Of a stretch of 64,000 bases of DNA, positions 40,163 to 48,561 are shown piece by piece. Under the pieces are notes generated by a model. The model had not been told where the DNA came from. It was given only the letters and a program-made list of their open reading frames with translations, and did no database searches. The stretch is from positions 8,708 through 72,707 of the forward strand of contig JAUXAI010000001.1 in NCBI GenBank assembly GCA_030619985.1, in the 5' to 3' direction. This DNA comes from a bacterium. GTDB taxonomy: Bacteria; UBP18; UBA7526. Within the stretch, counting starts at the first letter, position 1. Each line of letters opens with the position of its first letter. A program made the translations under genes and the position numbers.

Positions 40163-42300
40163 TGACGTTAGCTAAATTACGCAATATAATGGATATATTT
40201 CCAAAAAAAGTAATATACCTATTGACAATAAAAGTGTTGCCTATAGCGCATAAAACTCTTCGATTCCTTCTCCATAAACAGAGGAAGATTGAATTATTTC
40301 TGGTGCTATTGTTTGTTCTATTTACTCTTTTAAATGGCATTAAACTAATTGACAAAATTTTTGAGCAAAATATTGGCTACGCAGATACTATGGCTAAGAT
40401 TCGTAGTTCTGACATAATCCTTGATGGCCAGGTTCCTTTCAGGGATTTCTATCGTCCCCGGGGACCGCTCCTTCTCTACCTGGAGACCCCATTATATAAG
40501 GTGTTTGGGAGAAATCATTTCGCCAGTTTCTTTAGCCATTTTTCTCTGCTTCCTGCCATTTCTCTCATCCTTCTCTATCTCTGGGCAAAGATATTCCTGA
40601 AGAGTCCCTTCCTCCCCATAGCATTTCTTATCGCTGTCTCACTCCAGAACCTGTTCTGGGCTGGTGATCCTACCCTCCGTATCTTAGCCGCTGCCTTTGC
40701 CTTAGGACTATTTCTCCTCGCTCGGCAGAGACTAAAAAAGAGATACTTCTATCTTTCTGGCTTTCTTTGCGGCTGTTCTTTATTGATTGATCTTGGATTC
40801 GGCATTGCTGCCCTGCTTACCATTATGCTCCTGCTAATTGGTGAGGGATTAATGAGGAAATTTCCTTTTAGGTTTTCTTTCCTCTGGATATTGGGTATAG
40901 TATCCATAGTATTGCCCTTTTCCATCTTTTTTCATTATCAGGAAGCATTATTCCCCTATCTAAGATATACCCTGAAGTTTATGCATCGCTTCGCAACCGG
41001 TTATGCAAAGCCTTTCCCTTTTCCAGGAGAAGACTTCAGATTCTATCTGCCGCCCCTTCTCTATTTCTTCTCCTTTCTACTGGTAATCTTTACCATTAAA
41101 AGGAAGGGCTGGGAGGAACTCAGGCGTTCCCTATTAGCACTTACCATATTTGGACTCCTGATTTATAAAAGAGCATTTTCTACTCCAGAATTTGGCTACC
41201 TTCTCGCAGTCATACTTCCCGCCACCACTATCTGTTTCATTCTGATTGAGAGGACATCCTTCGGGATTAAGGACTGTCTCTCCCATAAGAAGATAGGAAG
41301 ACTATCCCTCTCCTTTCTTTTTATCTTTATCCTCCTTTTCGGGATATATGCTACAAAAGAGAAATTAAGGGTATATAATCTTTTAAAGATACACCAATTA
41401 GCCAACCCAAAATTTTGGATTTCTAAACATAGGGATTTAGTATTTTATGACCGGGTAGGTTACTTTATATCCCAAGGGGCAGCTAAAGAATATGAAAGAA
41501 TAATAGAATATATCCAACTTCACACTGATAAAGACGATTTTATCTATGTTTTCCCCTGGGGACCATATAACCATTTTACCGGAAGGCCCAGCCCAGTAAA
41601 AATGGAGGTCCTTCTATGTAATGTGGCAGATCCGGAATACTACAACCGCGAAATAGTAGAAGAACTGGAGAAGAACAAGCCTAAATATGTTATTCTCAAC
41701 CTGTACAATGGCCAGGGAATGGTGGGCTGGAATAAGAGAAGGAATGTGCAGGATTATATCGGCTGGAAGACAGAAGATAGCCCAAATTTCGTTGTTTCTA
41801 TTGAGCAAGAACCGATTGTTGAAGAATATATCCTTGAGAATTATCATACAGAGGCCAGGTTCAGATACGCAGCAATTATGGTCAGGAACGAGAAGAGGAA
41901 AGAGTACCACCGCTGCTTCGAGAAAGTATTCTCTCAGGGTGGATTCCAGATCGAAAGGAAGCATTCTTACATTTTGATAAAGACCGGAAAAATAGTCGAA
42001 GCCACCCATCTGGAATTGAAATACAAGATGGACATTCCCAAATTGATGAAATTTCTCAGCCACAAGTACCTTGTCAAGTTAAAAATCTTCTTTTTCCTTC
42101 CGGGAGAGAAAGGCGAATGCGTGGGGAATCTAAACCTCTCTGCTGATGGTAATTTTCATACCCTTAGACTTGGCTTCTACGGTATACATAAAAAGACAGA
42201 TACGATTATGTTGAGTCTCGAGTCTCCTGGCGCTTTTAACTTCCTACCAAGAACCTTTGAGGCGGAATATCTGAATCTTTGCTGTGAAAAGGAGGACTGA
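40162..42300 (+). CDS. Large polytopic membrane protein (GT-C-like) with C-terminal soluble domain
   Basis: 712 aa; N-terminal roughly 380 aa multi-TM. Confidence 0.4.
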   Translation: MTLAKLRNIMDIFPKKVIYLLTIKVLPIAHKTLRFLLHKQRKIELFLVLLFVLFTLLNGIKLIDKIFEQNIGYADTMAKIRSSDIILDGQVPFRDFYRPRGPLLLYLETPLYKVFGRNHFASFFSHFSLLPAISLILLYLWAKIFLKSPFLPIAFLIAVSLQNLFWAGDPTLRILAAAFALGLFLLARQRLKKRYFYLSGFLCGCSLLIDLGFGIAALLTIMLLLIGEGLMRKFPFRFSFLWILGIVSIVLPFSIFFHYQEALFPYLRYTLKFMHRFATGYAKPFPFPGEDFRFYLPPLLYFFSFLLVIFTIKRKGWEELRRSLLALTIFGLLIYKRAFSTPEFGYLLAVILPATTICFILIERTSFGIKDCLSHKKIGRLSLSFLFIFILLFGIYATKEKLRVYNLLKIHQLANPKFWISKHRDLVFYDRVGYFISQGAAKEYERIIEYIQLHTDKDDFIYVFPWGPYNHFTGRPSPVKMEVLLCNVADPEYYNREIVEELEKNKPKYVILNLYNGQGMVGWNKRRNVQDYIGWKTEDSPNFVVSIEQEPIVEEYILENYHTEARFRYAAIMVRNEKRKEYHRCFEKVFSQGGFQIERKHSYILIKTGKIVEATHLELKYKMDIPKLMKFLSHKYLVKLKIFFFLPGEKGECVGNLNLSADGNFHTLRLGFYGIHKKTDTIMLSLESPGAFNFLPRTFEAEYLNLCCEKED

Positions 42301-42303
42301 GTT

Positions 42304-42570
42304 ATGGAGATTTCAATAGTTGTCCCAGCTTTTAATGAAAAGAAAAATCTTAAGTTGCTCTATATGGAGCTAAAAGATGAGTAGACTCTCATTTAATTTA
42401 AGTTTAATCGTTCCCTGTTATAATGAAGAGAAAAATACTGACAGAGAGCATGGTTCAAGTGTGCGATGTTCTTAACCTGACTAAATTGAAATACGAAATT
42501 ATTTTTGTTGACAATATCGTCAATGGCAATATGCTTGCCCTGAAAAAGGGAACAAATTAAGGAAAATTCC
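42304..42570 (+). pseudogene. Two tandem decayed GT2 N-terminal remnants
   Basis: MEISIVVPAFNEKKNL...* at 42304-42384, then MSRLSFNLSLIVPCYNEEKNT...* at 42378-42476, followed by a frameshifted ...YEIIFVDN... segment. Confidence 0.55.
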
Positions 42571-42588
42571 CGCAGAAAAGAGGAAGAG

Positions 42589-43305
42589 ATGGTCCCCAAA
42601 GGTGAATCAATCTCCGTTGTTTTACCTGCCTATAATGAGAGAGATAATATTGAGAAAGCAGTGAGGAATGCTCAGGCAGCCCTTAAACTGATAGGCAGAA
42701 GATATGAGATTATCATTGTTGATGATGGCTCAACTGATGGAACAAGGGAAATCTGTGATGAAATAAGAAAAAAGGATCCAAGCAGAATAAGAGTAATTCA
42801 TCACCAGAAAAACATGGGCTACGGCGCTGCCTTGCGCCATGGTTTTGCCCAAGCTAAGTACGAGCTTATCTTCTATACCGACTCTGATAACCAGTTTGAT
42901 ATCTTTGAGTTGCGCTACTTCTTGCCCTTGCTCGATAGCTATGATATTGTTGTTGGTTTTCGTATCTTTCGTAAGGATAACAGACTGCGCAAGTTCATCT
43001 CCTGGGGATATGATAGAATTATTGGTAGATTACTCTTTAAACTGCAGATGCACGATATAAACTGCGCCTTCAAGTTATTTAAAAAGAAGGTTCTGGACCA
43101 GATTGAGATAGAATCAGATAATTTCTTCGTCGATCTTGAACTCCTGGCCAAGGCAAGGAAGCTGGGTTTTAAAATAAATGAGGTTGGGGTACGCCATTTT
43201 CCCAGACTAAAGGGACGGACCACCGTTGGTCACCACCATATTCTCAAAACTATAAGAGAGACCATTAAAATCTGGCGCAGCCTGCGTTCAAAAGATGAGA
43301 AATGA
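42589..43305 (+). CDS. GT2 family glycosyltransferase
   Basis: ISVVLPAYNERDNI...IIIVDDGSTDGT...DSD. Confidence 0.75.
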   Translation: MVPKGESISVVLPAYNERDNIEKAVRNAQAALKLIGRRYEIIIVDDGSTDGTREICDEIRKKDPSRIRVIHHQKNMGYGAALRHGFAQAKYELIFYTDSDNQFDIFELRYFLPLLDSYDIVVGFRIFRKDNRLRKFISWGYDRIIGRLLFKLQMHDINCAFKLFKKKVLDQIEIESDNFFVDLELLAKARKLGFKINEVGVRHFPRLKGRTTVGHHHILKTIRETIKIWRSLRSKDEK

Positions 43306-44027
43306 AGAGACAGAGAAGATATTATGAAATGGGAGAGGATTACTGGTGGTTTGCCAATAAATATAATATTGTCTCTAAATACCTTGATAGGTTAGCTAAA
43401 GGCGGTTCCCAGAGAATCCTTGATTTTGGTTGTGGCCCGGGAAACCTGATAATGCGGCTCTTAAAATATGGAGAAATCTATGGAGCAGATATCTCTCTGG
43501 ATGCTCTGCGCTACTGCAGAAATAAGAGGCAGCATTATGTCTTTCAGATAGAGGAAGGGGCAAGAGTTCCCATCAGAGCTAACTCCTTTGATTTTGTCAT
43601 CGCTTTAGATGTCTTGGAACATATTGAGGATGATTTCCACGCATTATTAGAGTTGTATCGTATCTGTAAAGTGGGTGGAAGAATAATGCTCACTGTTCCC
43701 GCCTATCCCTTTCTCTGGGGAAGTCATGACGAATTAGATGGCCATAAGCGAAGATATCAGAAATCCAAATTGGAAAGGATGATGAAAAAAGCCAATTTTA
43801 AAGTAGAGAAGATTTCTTATGTTTATATTCTATTCTTCATTCCCCTTTATCTCTTAAGGAAGTTTAAGAAATTTTTAGGGATTAAGAAAGACGATTTTAC
43901 TAAGGTCTCTCCGGGCTTAAATAGATTATTACTCTGGCTCAATGGTCTGGAGTTACATTTTCTGACCAAGTTCAATCTCCCCTTTGGAACCTCAATATTC
44001 TGTATTGGTGAAAAGGTTAGGGAATAA
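43302..44027 (+). CDS. Class I SAM-dependent methyltransferase
   Basis: ILDFGCGPGNL motif I and ALDVLEHIED motif II. Its 3' end lies in the left direct repeat. Confidence 0.7.
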   Translation: MKRQRRYYEMGEDYWWFANKYNIVSKYLDRLAKGGSQRILDFGCGPGNLIMRLLKYGEIYGADISLDALRYCRNKRQHYVFQIEEGARVPIRANSFDFVIALDVLEHIEDDFHALLELYRICKVGGRIMLTVPAYPFLWGSHDELDGHKRRYQKSKLERMMKKANFKVEKISYVYILFFIPLYLLRKFKKFLGIKKDDFTKVSPGLNRLLLWLNGLELHFLTKFNLPFGTSIFCIGEKVRE

Positions 44028-44168
44028 CATGAGATTCAAAAATCCAATTTTCTCCATCCCATGCTATGATTATAATAAAGAATACTATTCTACGCTGGGG
44101 ACTAAAGAGGGAATCCTGAAGAAAGTTAAAGAAGTGATGCGCTTTGTGGGACTAAAGGAGGGGATGAA
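43757..44168. repeat. Left copy of a roughly 400-bp direct repeat (methyltransferase 3' end + start of a small ORF)
   Basis: Aligns with 45810-46210 (e.g. ...ctggctcaatggtctggagttacattttctgaccaagttcaatctcccctttgg...) with a few percent mismatches and small indels. Confidence 0.8.
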
Positions 44169-44430
44169 TGTTCTGGGCATCGGCACGGGAAGGGGCGAAT
44201 TGGCCATAGAGTATCCTAGAAAAGGATACTGGGTGAAGGCCATCGATTTCATCTCCCAGGCTACAGAACTGGCTAAGGAGAATCTGCAGGAATCCGACTT
44301 TGCCATGACGAGACCGGGTTTCTGGAATGATCTCTTTGCCCGGGTATTCTCCTTTGAAAGACATTTTATGGGAAGAATCAGGTTTCCCCTGGGGGTATCG
44401 ATCATCATCGTGGCGGAGAAGAAGCTATGA
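44029..44430 (+). CDS. Chimeric small ORF: native N-terminus (within the repeat) fused to a GC-rich methyltransferase motif-I fragment
   Basis: MRFKNPIFSIPCYDYNKEYYSTLGTKEGILKKVKEVMRFVGLKEGM | NVLGIGTGRGELAIEY.... Composition switches at about 44168. Confidence 0.4.
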   Translation: MRFKNPIFSIPCYDYNKEYYSTLGTKEGILKKVKEVMRFVGLKEGMNVLGIGTGRGELAIEYPRKGYWVKAIDFISQATELAKENLQESDFAMTRPGFWNDLFARVFSFERHFMGRIRFPLGVSIIIVAEKKL

Positions 44431-45812
44431 GGATTGCTCTTATCCGTCCTCCACGGCCGTTTGACCGTGCATTTCTTTCGATTCAGACCCCTATCAATCT
44501 GGCCGCCCTTGCCGCCTACTTAATCCGGGAGGGACACGAATGCCGGATCTGGGATTTTGAGGTGGAATCCCGGGATTTACTGGGGGAGAAGATCGCGGCA
44601 TTTCAGCCTGATTTTGCGGGTATAACCTGTATGACTCATTCCGTGGTGGAAGGGGCCCGAATAGCAGAGAGAATAAAAGGCCTTGATCCTTCGATCCGGA
44701 TTGTAACTGGCGGACCACACCCCTCGGCCCTGCCTGAACGCACACTCAAGGAGTTTGAAGCCTTTGACATAGCTGTGGTGGGGGAGGGGGAGATTCCACT
44801 GGCAGATCTCGCAGGAGGGAAAGACCTGGAAGAGATACCGGGGGTCGTTTACAGAAAAGAAGGAGAAATTGAAAAAGGGCCCGATCCCCACCTGATAGAG
44901 GATCTCGATTCTCTTCCTTTTCCTAACAGGAGTCTTTTCAGCACCGGGGGTAAGGGCTATCGCCATCCTACGCGGGGGATTTCCTTTTCTGCCCGTAAAA
45001 TCACGCAGGTGTTTACATCCAGGGGCTGTTCCTTCAAGTGTATATTCTGTGCCATTCACCCGACCCTTACTCACAGGGTCAGGTACAGAAGCGTGGATAA
45101 TGTTATGGCGGAAATTGAGGAGTGTATAAAGGAATGGGGGATTGAACATTTTATCTTCCAGGATGATATCTTTACGCTTATGCGGGAGCGGACGCTTAAG
45201 ATATGCCGGGCATTGAAGAAGTTGGGAATCTCATGGTCATGTGACGGCCGTGTGGATACAGTCGATCTGGAAATGCTTGAAGAGATGAAGAATGCAGGAT
45301 GCAGGAAGATAACCTTTGGTGTAGAGGCAGGAAGTCCTCGGATCCAGGAACTGAACAGGAAAGGTATTACGAGCGAACAAGTGAGGGACGCATTCCGTTG
45401 GGCAAGGACCGCAGGTATTGAATTGATTGAGGGTTCCTTTATGCTCTGCAGCCACCCATCCGAGACAGAAGAGGAAATAAGGATGACCATGGACCTTGCA
45501 AGGGAGGTGGAACCGGATATCTTTTTTTTATCCGTGGCGGTACCATATCCTGGAACAGAACTCTACAGGATCATGACCGAAAAGGGATATATTCATGAAC
45601 TCAACTGGCCCTCCTTCACCATGTATGCGGAGAAACCGTGCTGGAAGACAGAACATTTTTCTTCCATGGACCTTGTCCGGTCTCAGAGAAAATATCTGAA
45701 TATCTATTATTTTAGACCGAGGTATATTTTGAATAGAATAAAAAAGACAAGGAATATGAAAGATTTAGCCTATTGGATAGCACAGGGGATGAGGTATTTA
45801 TGGAACCCATGA
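44427..45812 (+). CDS. B12-binding-domain radical SAM protein on a GC-rich island
   Basis: SRGCSFKCIFCAIH. The local GC is visibly above 50%, against roughly 38-40% in the flanks. Confidence 0.75.
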   Translation: MRIALIRPPRPFDRAFLSIQTPINLAALAAYLIREGHECRIWDFEVESRDLLGEKIAAFQPDFAGITCMTHSVVEGARIAERIKGLDPSIRIVTGGPHPSALPERTLKEFEAFDIAVVGEGEIPLADLAGGKDLEEIPGVVYRKEGEIEKGPDPHLIEDLDSLPFPNRSLFSTGGKGYRHPTRGISFSARKITQVFTSRGCSFKCIFCAIHPTLTHRVRYRSVDNVMAEIEECIKEWGIEHFIFQDDIFTLMRERTLKICRALKKLGISWSCDGRVDTVDLEMLEEMKNAGCRKITFGVEAGSPRIQELNRKGITSEQVRDAFRWARTAGIELIEGSFMLCSHPSETEEEIRMTMDLAREVEPDIFFLSVAVPYPGTELYRIMTEKGYIHELNWPSFTMYAEKPCWKTEHFSSMDLVRSQRKYLNIYYFRPRYILNRIKKTRNMKDLAYWIAQGMRYLWNP

Positions 45813-46210
45813 AATCCAGGGATTGGAAAGAATGATGAAGAAAGCCAGTTTTAAAGTAGAGAAGATTTCTTATATTTACATTCTGCTCTTTATTCCCCCC
45901 TATCTCCTGAGGAAAGCAAAAATTTTTTTGAGAGTTTAAAAGGATGATTTTACAAAAGTTCCTCCAAGCTTAAATAAACTATTACTCTGGCTCAATGGTC
46001 TGGAGTTACATTTTCTGACCAAGTTCAATCTCCCCTTTGGGACCTCAATATTCTGTATTGGTGAAAGGGTTGGAAGATAATATGAGAGTAACGAATCCGT
46101 CCCCAGATTCTTTTTATGATAAAGAATACTATTCTACCTCGAGTACCAGGAAAGAGACCCTGAGAAAAGTAAGGGAGGCACTAAGTCTGGTAGAATTGAA
46201 GGAGGGGATG
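45810..46210. repeat. Right copy of the roughly 400-bp direct repeat (degenerate; the methyltransferase 3' fragment has internal stops)
   Basis: See the left copy. Confidence 0.8.
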
Positions 46211-46324
46211 AGATCGCAATTGAGAAGGGTTCGTAAAATAATTGATAAAGTTAAGAAGCGATGTCAGGAAAAAATGAAAAAAGAAATTAAAGTAGCTTTT
46301 GTAGGTTGTGGTAAACATTCCTGA
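46082..46324 (+). CDS. Small hypothetical protein (native paralog of the N-terminus of 44029-44430)
   Basis: MRVTNPSPDSFYDKEYYSTSSTRKETLRKVREALSLVELKEGM... It diverges from the 44029 copy after LKEGM. Confidence 0.3.
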   Translation: MRVTNPSPDSFYDKEYYSTSSTRKETLRKVREALSLVELKEGMRSQLRRVRKIIDKVKKRCQEKMKKEIKVAFVGCGKHS

Positions 46325-46429
46325 TATCCGGGTATCCGGCTATCCTAGTTCCTGATCACCGGTTCGTCAGCTGACCTTAACTGTTCAGCAATAACCGGCA
46401 AACTCACAAAAGTTAGTTGTTAACTTTGG

Positions 46430-47587
46430 GTGAGGGAGATGAAAGAGATAATTGAGTTTCTAAGACAGAGGCGGAATGTGAAATATTCTGTCTGGATGAT
46501 TATTTTTGGGTTAATATTTGCTTTTAGTTTCCAGGCGAATAAAGTCCAGATTCCCCAAATTTTAGAGAAACCTATCAGAATAGTTCCCGGTACCAAAGGA
46601 AGCAAGCAGTATTTAGTTTCTGGCTGGCAGGGTGCTTATGCTAAAGGAAGAAGATCTATTCTTAGAGTTTCACTTCCCGAAGAAAAAACTTATCCGATGG
46701 TTATAAGGGCCTTTTCCTGTAGTCCTCCTGATGCCCGAGATCAAAGAATGGAGGTGCATTTTAATGATGTTGCTCTTGATAGACTGAAATTCAGAAAAAC
46801 TTCCAAGTGGCAAAAGTTTTCGGTAGATATTCCTTCTTATCTTATCAAAGAGACCAATACCATAAAGTTTGTCTATACTCAGGATACTCATCTATCTCCA
46901 ATTGCTTTTGATTATCTTGAATTTAGAAACTATATCTTCCGTATTAAAAGCCTCTATCTTTTGTTTGATCTTCCGGGACGGATTAATTATTTAACCTCTC
47001 GAGCGATTGGTTATTCCTTTGCCTTTGCTCTTTTCTTTCTATTCTTCTGGCTATTCTATTCTCGTTTTCTTTCCTTTGCTGTCAAGATAAAATTTTCCCG
47101 AGCAATAAGAATCGATTTTTTGAATTATCTTCCCAGTATTATCCTTCTTTCTACCTTCGCCTTATACTCTTTCTTTTCTCCTTGTCATTTCGTTTATTCC
47201 CTTAAGACCTTCTTCGTTCTGGCTATTGTTCCTACCGCGGTCTTAAAACTTTTCCCCTACAGAGATTTACCTTTACGGCTTGCCAGGATTGTCTTTAGAT
47301 TTATTCTCCGCAATATAGAAAAAACTTTCCTGGAGGTTAAAAGGGCTTTTTCTTTTTTGAAAACCCAAGGCAATACTTTTAGAAAGTTTCTCATTCGATA
47401 TCATAAGAAAAACTATGCTCTCGCCTTCATCCAAGATTTTATGATTTTGCTTCTTTTGTGTCTCCTCCTATCAATAATGAGAGCTAAAAAAATTGCTGAA
47501 GGGGTAGCCATTCTGGCCTATTTTCTATTGGTTATGGGGGTGGCTGTCAGGCTGAAAGAACTATTTAGGGAAAACAAGAGAGAGTAG
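46430..47587 (+). CDS. Hypothetical membrane protein (N-terminal TM, predicted beta-rich exoplasmic domain, C-terminal multi-TM region)
   Basis: 385 aa; no recognisable family motif. Confidence 0.4.
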   Translation: MREMKEIIEFLRQRRNVKYSVWMIIFGLIFAFSFQANKVQIPQILEKPIRIVPGTKGSKQYLVSGWQGAYAKGRRSILRVSLPEEKTYPMVIRAFSCSPPDARDQRMEVHFNDVALDRLKFRKTSKWQKFSVDIPSYLIKETNTIKFVYTQDTHLSPIAFDYLEFRNYIFRIKSLYLLFDLPGRINYLTSRAIGYSFAFALFFLFFWLFYSRFLSFAVKIKFSRAIRIDFLNYLPSIILLSTFALYSFFSPCHFVYSLKTFFVLAIVPTAVLKLFPYRDLPLRLARIVFRFILRNIEKTFLEVKRAFSFLKTQGNTFRKFLIRYHKKNYALAFIQDFMILLLLCLLLSIMRAKKIAEGVAILAYFLLVMGVAVRLKELFRENKRE

Positions 47588-47592
47588 TATCT

Positions 47593-48561
47593 ATGAGAAG
47601 CAAGAAGCCCTTTAAAAAAGTAACTTTAAGGACGATTGCTGCCTTAGTTGCAATGATAATGGGCTTATTCATCTGGTTAATTCTGCCCAGTAAGGGGATC
47701 GAAATAACCCAGCTCGTTCCTCAGGAGACATTTACCTTTCTCTCCTTAAAGATAGACTCGAAGGATTCTGGGACTTCTGAGTTGCTCAATAATTTCAACT
47801 GGAGGATTAGGTGGGGGGTACGCCTTCTGGGCCCGGTGGAAATTGCGGCCCTTGCTGCCCCGACGGTTAACAAAGAAGAACCAGACTATCTCTTTCTGGT
47901 CAAGAATGGCCGGCTCATTAGAGTTGTCCGACTCTTCAGAAGATCAATAGATAAAGCAATGATTGATGAGGAGTCGTTTGAGAGAATCGATTATAGGGGC
48001 TGCCGCATCCTTCACCTGAAGGGTTTAGGGAAAGAGGATGAAGTCTCTTCCTACACCCTCTTTAGAGATATTGCCCTTGCTTCAAATAATCTTTCTTTGC
48101 TCAAGGCCTCCTTAGACCAATATGGAGGAGAGGCTACCTTCATATCTGGGGAGGCCTTGGACGACTTCGGGAAATGGAGAGAATTAGGGGATGGCATGCT
48201 CTTTATCAGTAACATTCATTTTGATCTCTCATATCTTATAAAAAGTCTGGAAGAAAAAAGCGTCTACGCTATATTTCCATCTGTGAATTCGGTGCAATGG
48301 CTGGGGGGCTACTTTGATATTCTCGATGCTGATAATTCAAGGGGGGCTTTAACCTTTAAATATAAAGAGGAAGCAGATATGAAAAAGGGTGAGGGAGATG
48401 TCCGTTTTTTAGCTGGAATCCTGCGACGATTATGTAAAGCTCATGATATAAATTTCACTTACGGAATAATGACAGACAATAATTATATAAATTTGAATTT
48501 TAAGATTTCTGGATTGAGATTACTAACCACCAATCTTTTAATAAAGGAGGAGAAAAAGTAG
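47593..48561 (+). CDS. Hypothetical N-terminally anchored protein, paralog of 48562-49785
   Basis: Shared C-terminal motifs: ...DILDADNSRGALTFKYKE...YINLNFKISGLRLL versus ...DIVDPDTARGKMVFESGNE...YVTLNFEVMGLKPL. Confidence 0.45.
   Translation: MRSKKPFKKVTLRTIAALVAMIMGLFIWLILPSKGIEITQLVPQETFTFLSLKIDSKDSGTSELLNNFNWRIRWGVRLLGPVEIAALAAPTVNKEEPDYLFLVKNGRLIRVVRLFRRSIDKAMIDEESFERIDYRGCRILHLKGLGKEDEVSSYTLFRDIALASNNLSLLKASLDQYGGEATFISGEALDDFGKWRELGDGMLFISNIHFDLSYLIKSLEEKSVYAIFPSVNSVQWLGGYFDILDADNSRGALTFKYKEEADMKKGEGDVRFLAGILRRLCKAHDINFTYGIMTDNNYINLNFKISGLRLLTTNLLIKEEKK

Noticed and set aside
41614-42063. 149-aa minus-strand ORF and 96-aa plus-strand alternative-frame ORF inside the membrane protein at 40162
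   Set aside because: They overlap a long, continuous plus-strand frame with membrane-protein hydrophobicity periodicity; there is no independent support.
44494-45490. Cluster of minus-strand ORFs (83, 190, 139 and 72 aa) opposite the radical SAM at 44427
   Set aside because: They appear only where GC rises above 50% (fewer random stops). The plus-strand frame has the canonical CxxxCxxC and B12-domain pattern, so the antisense ORFs are compositional artefacts.
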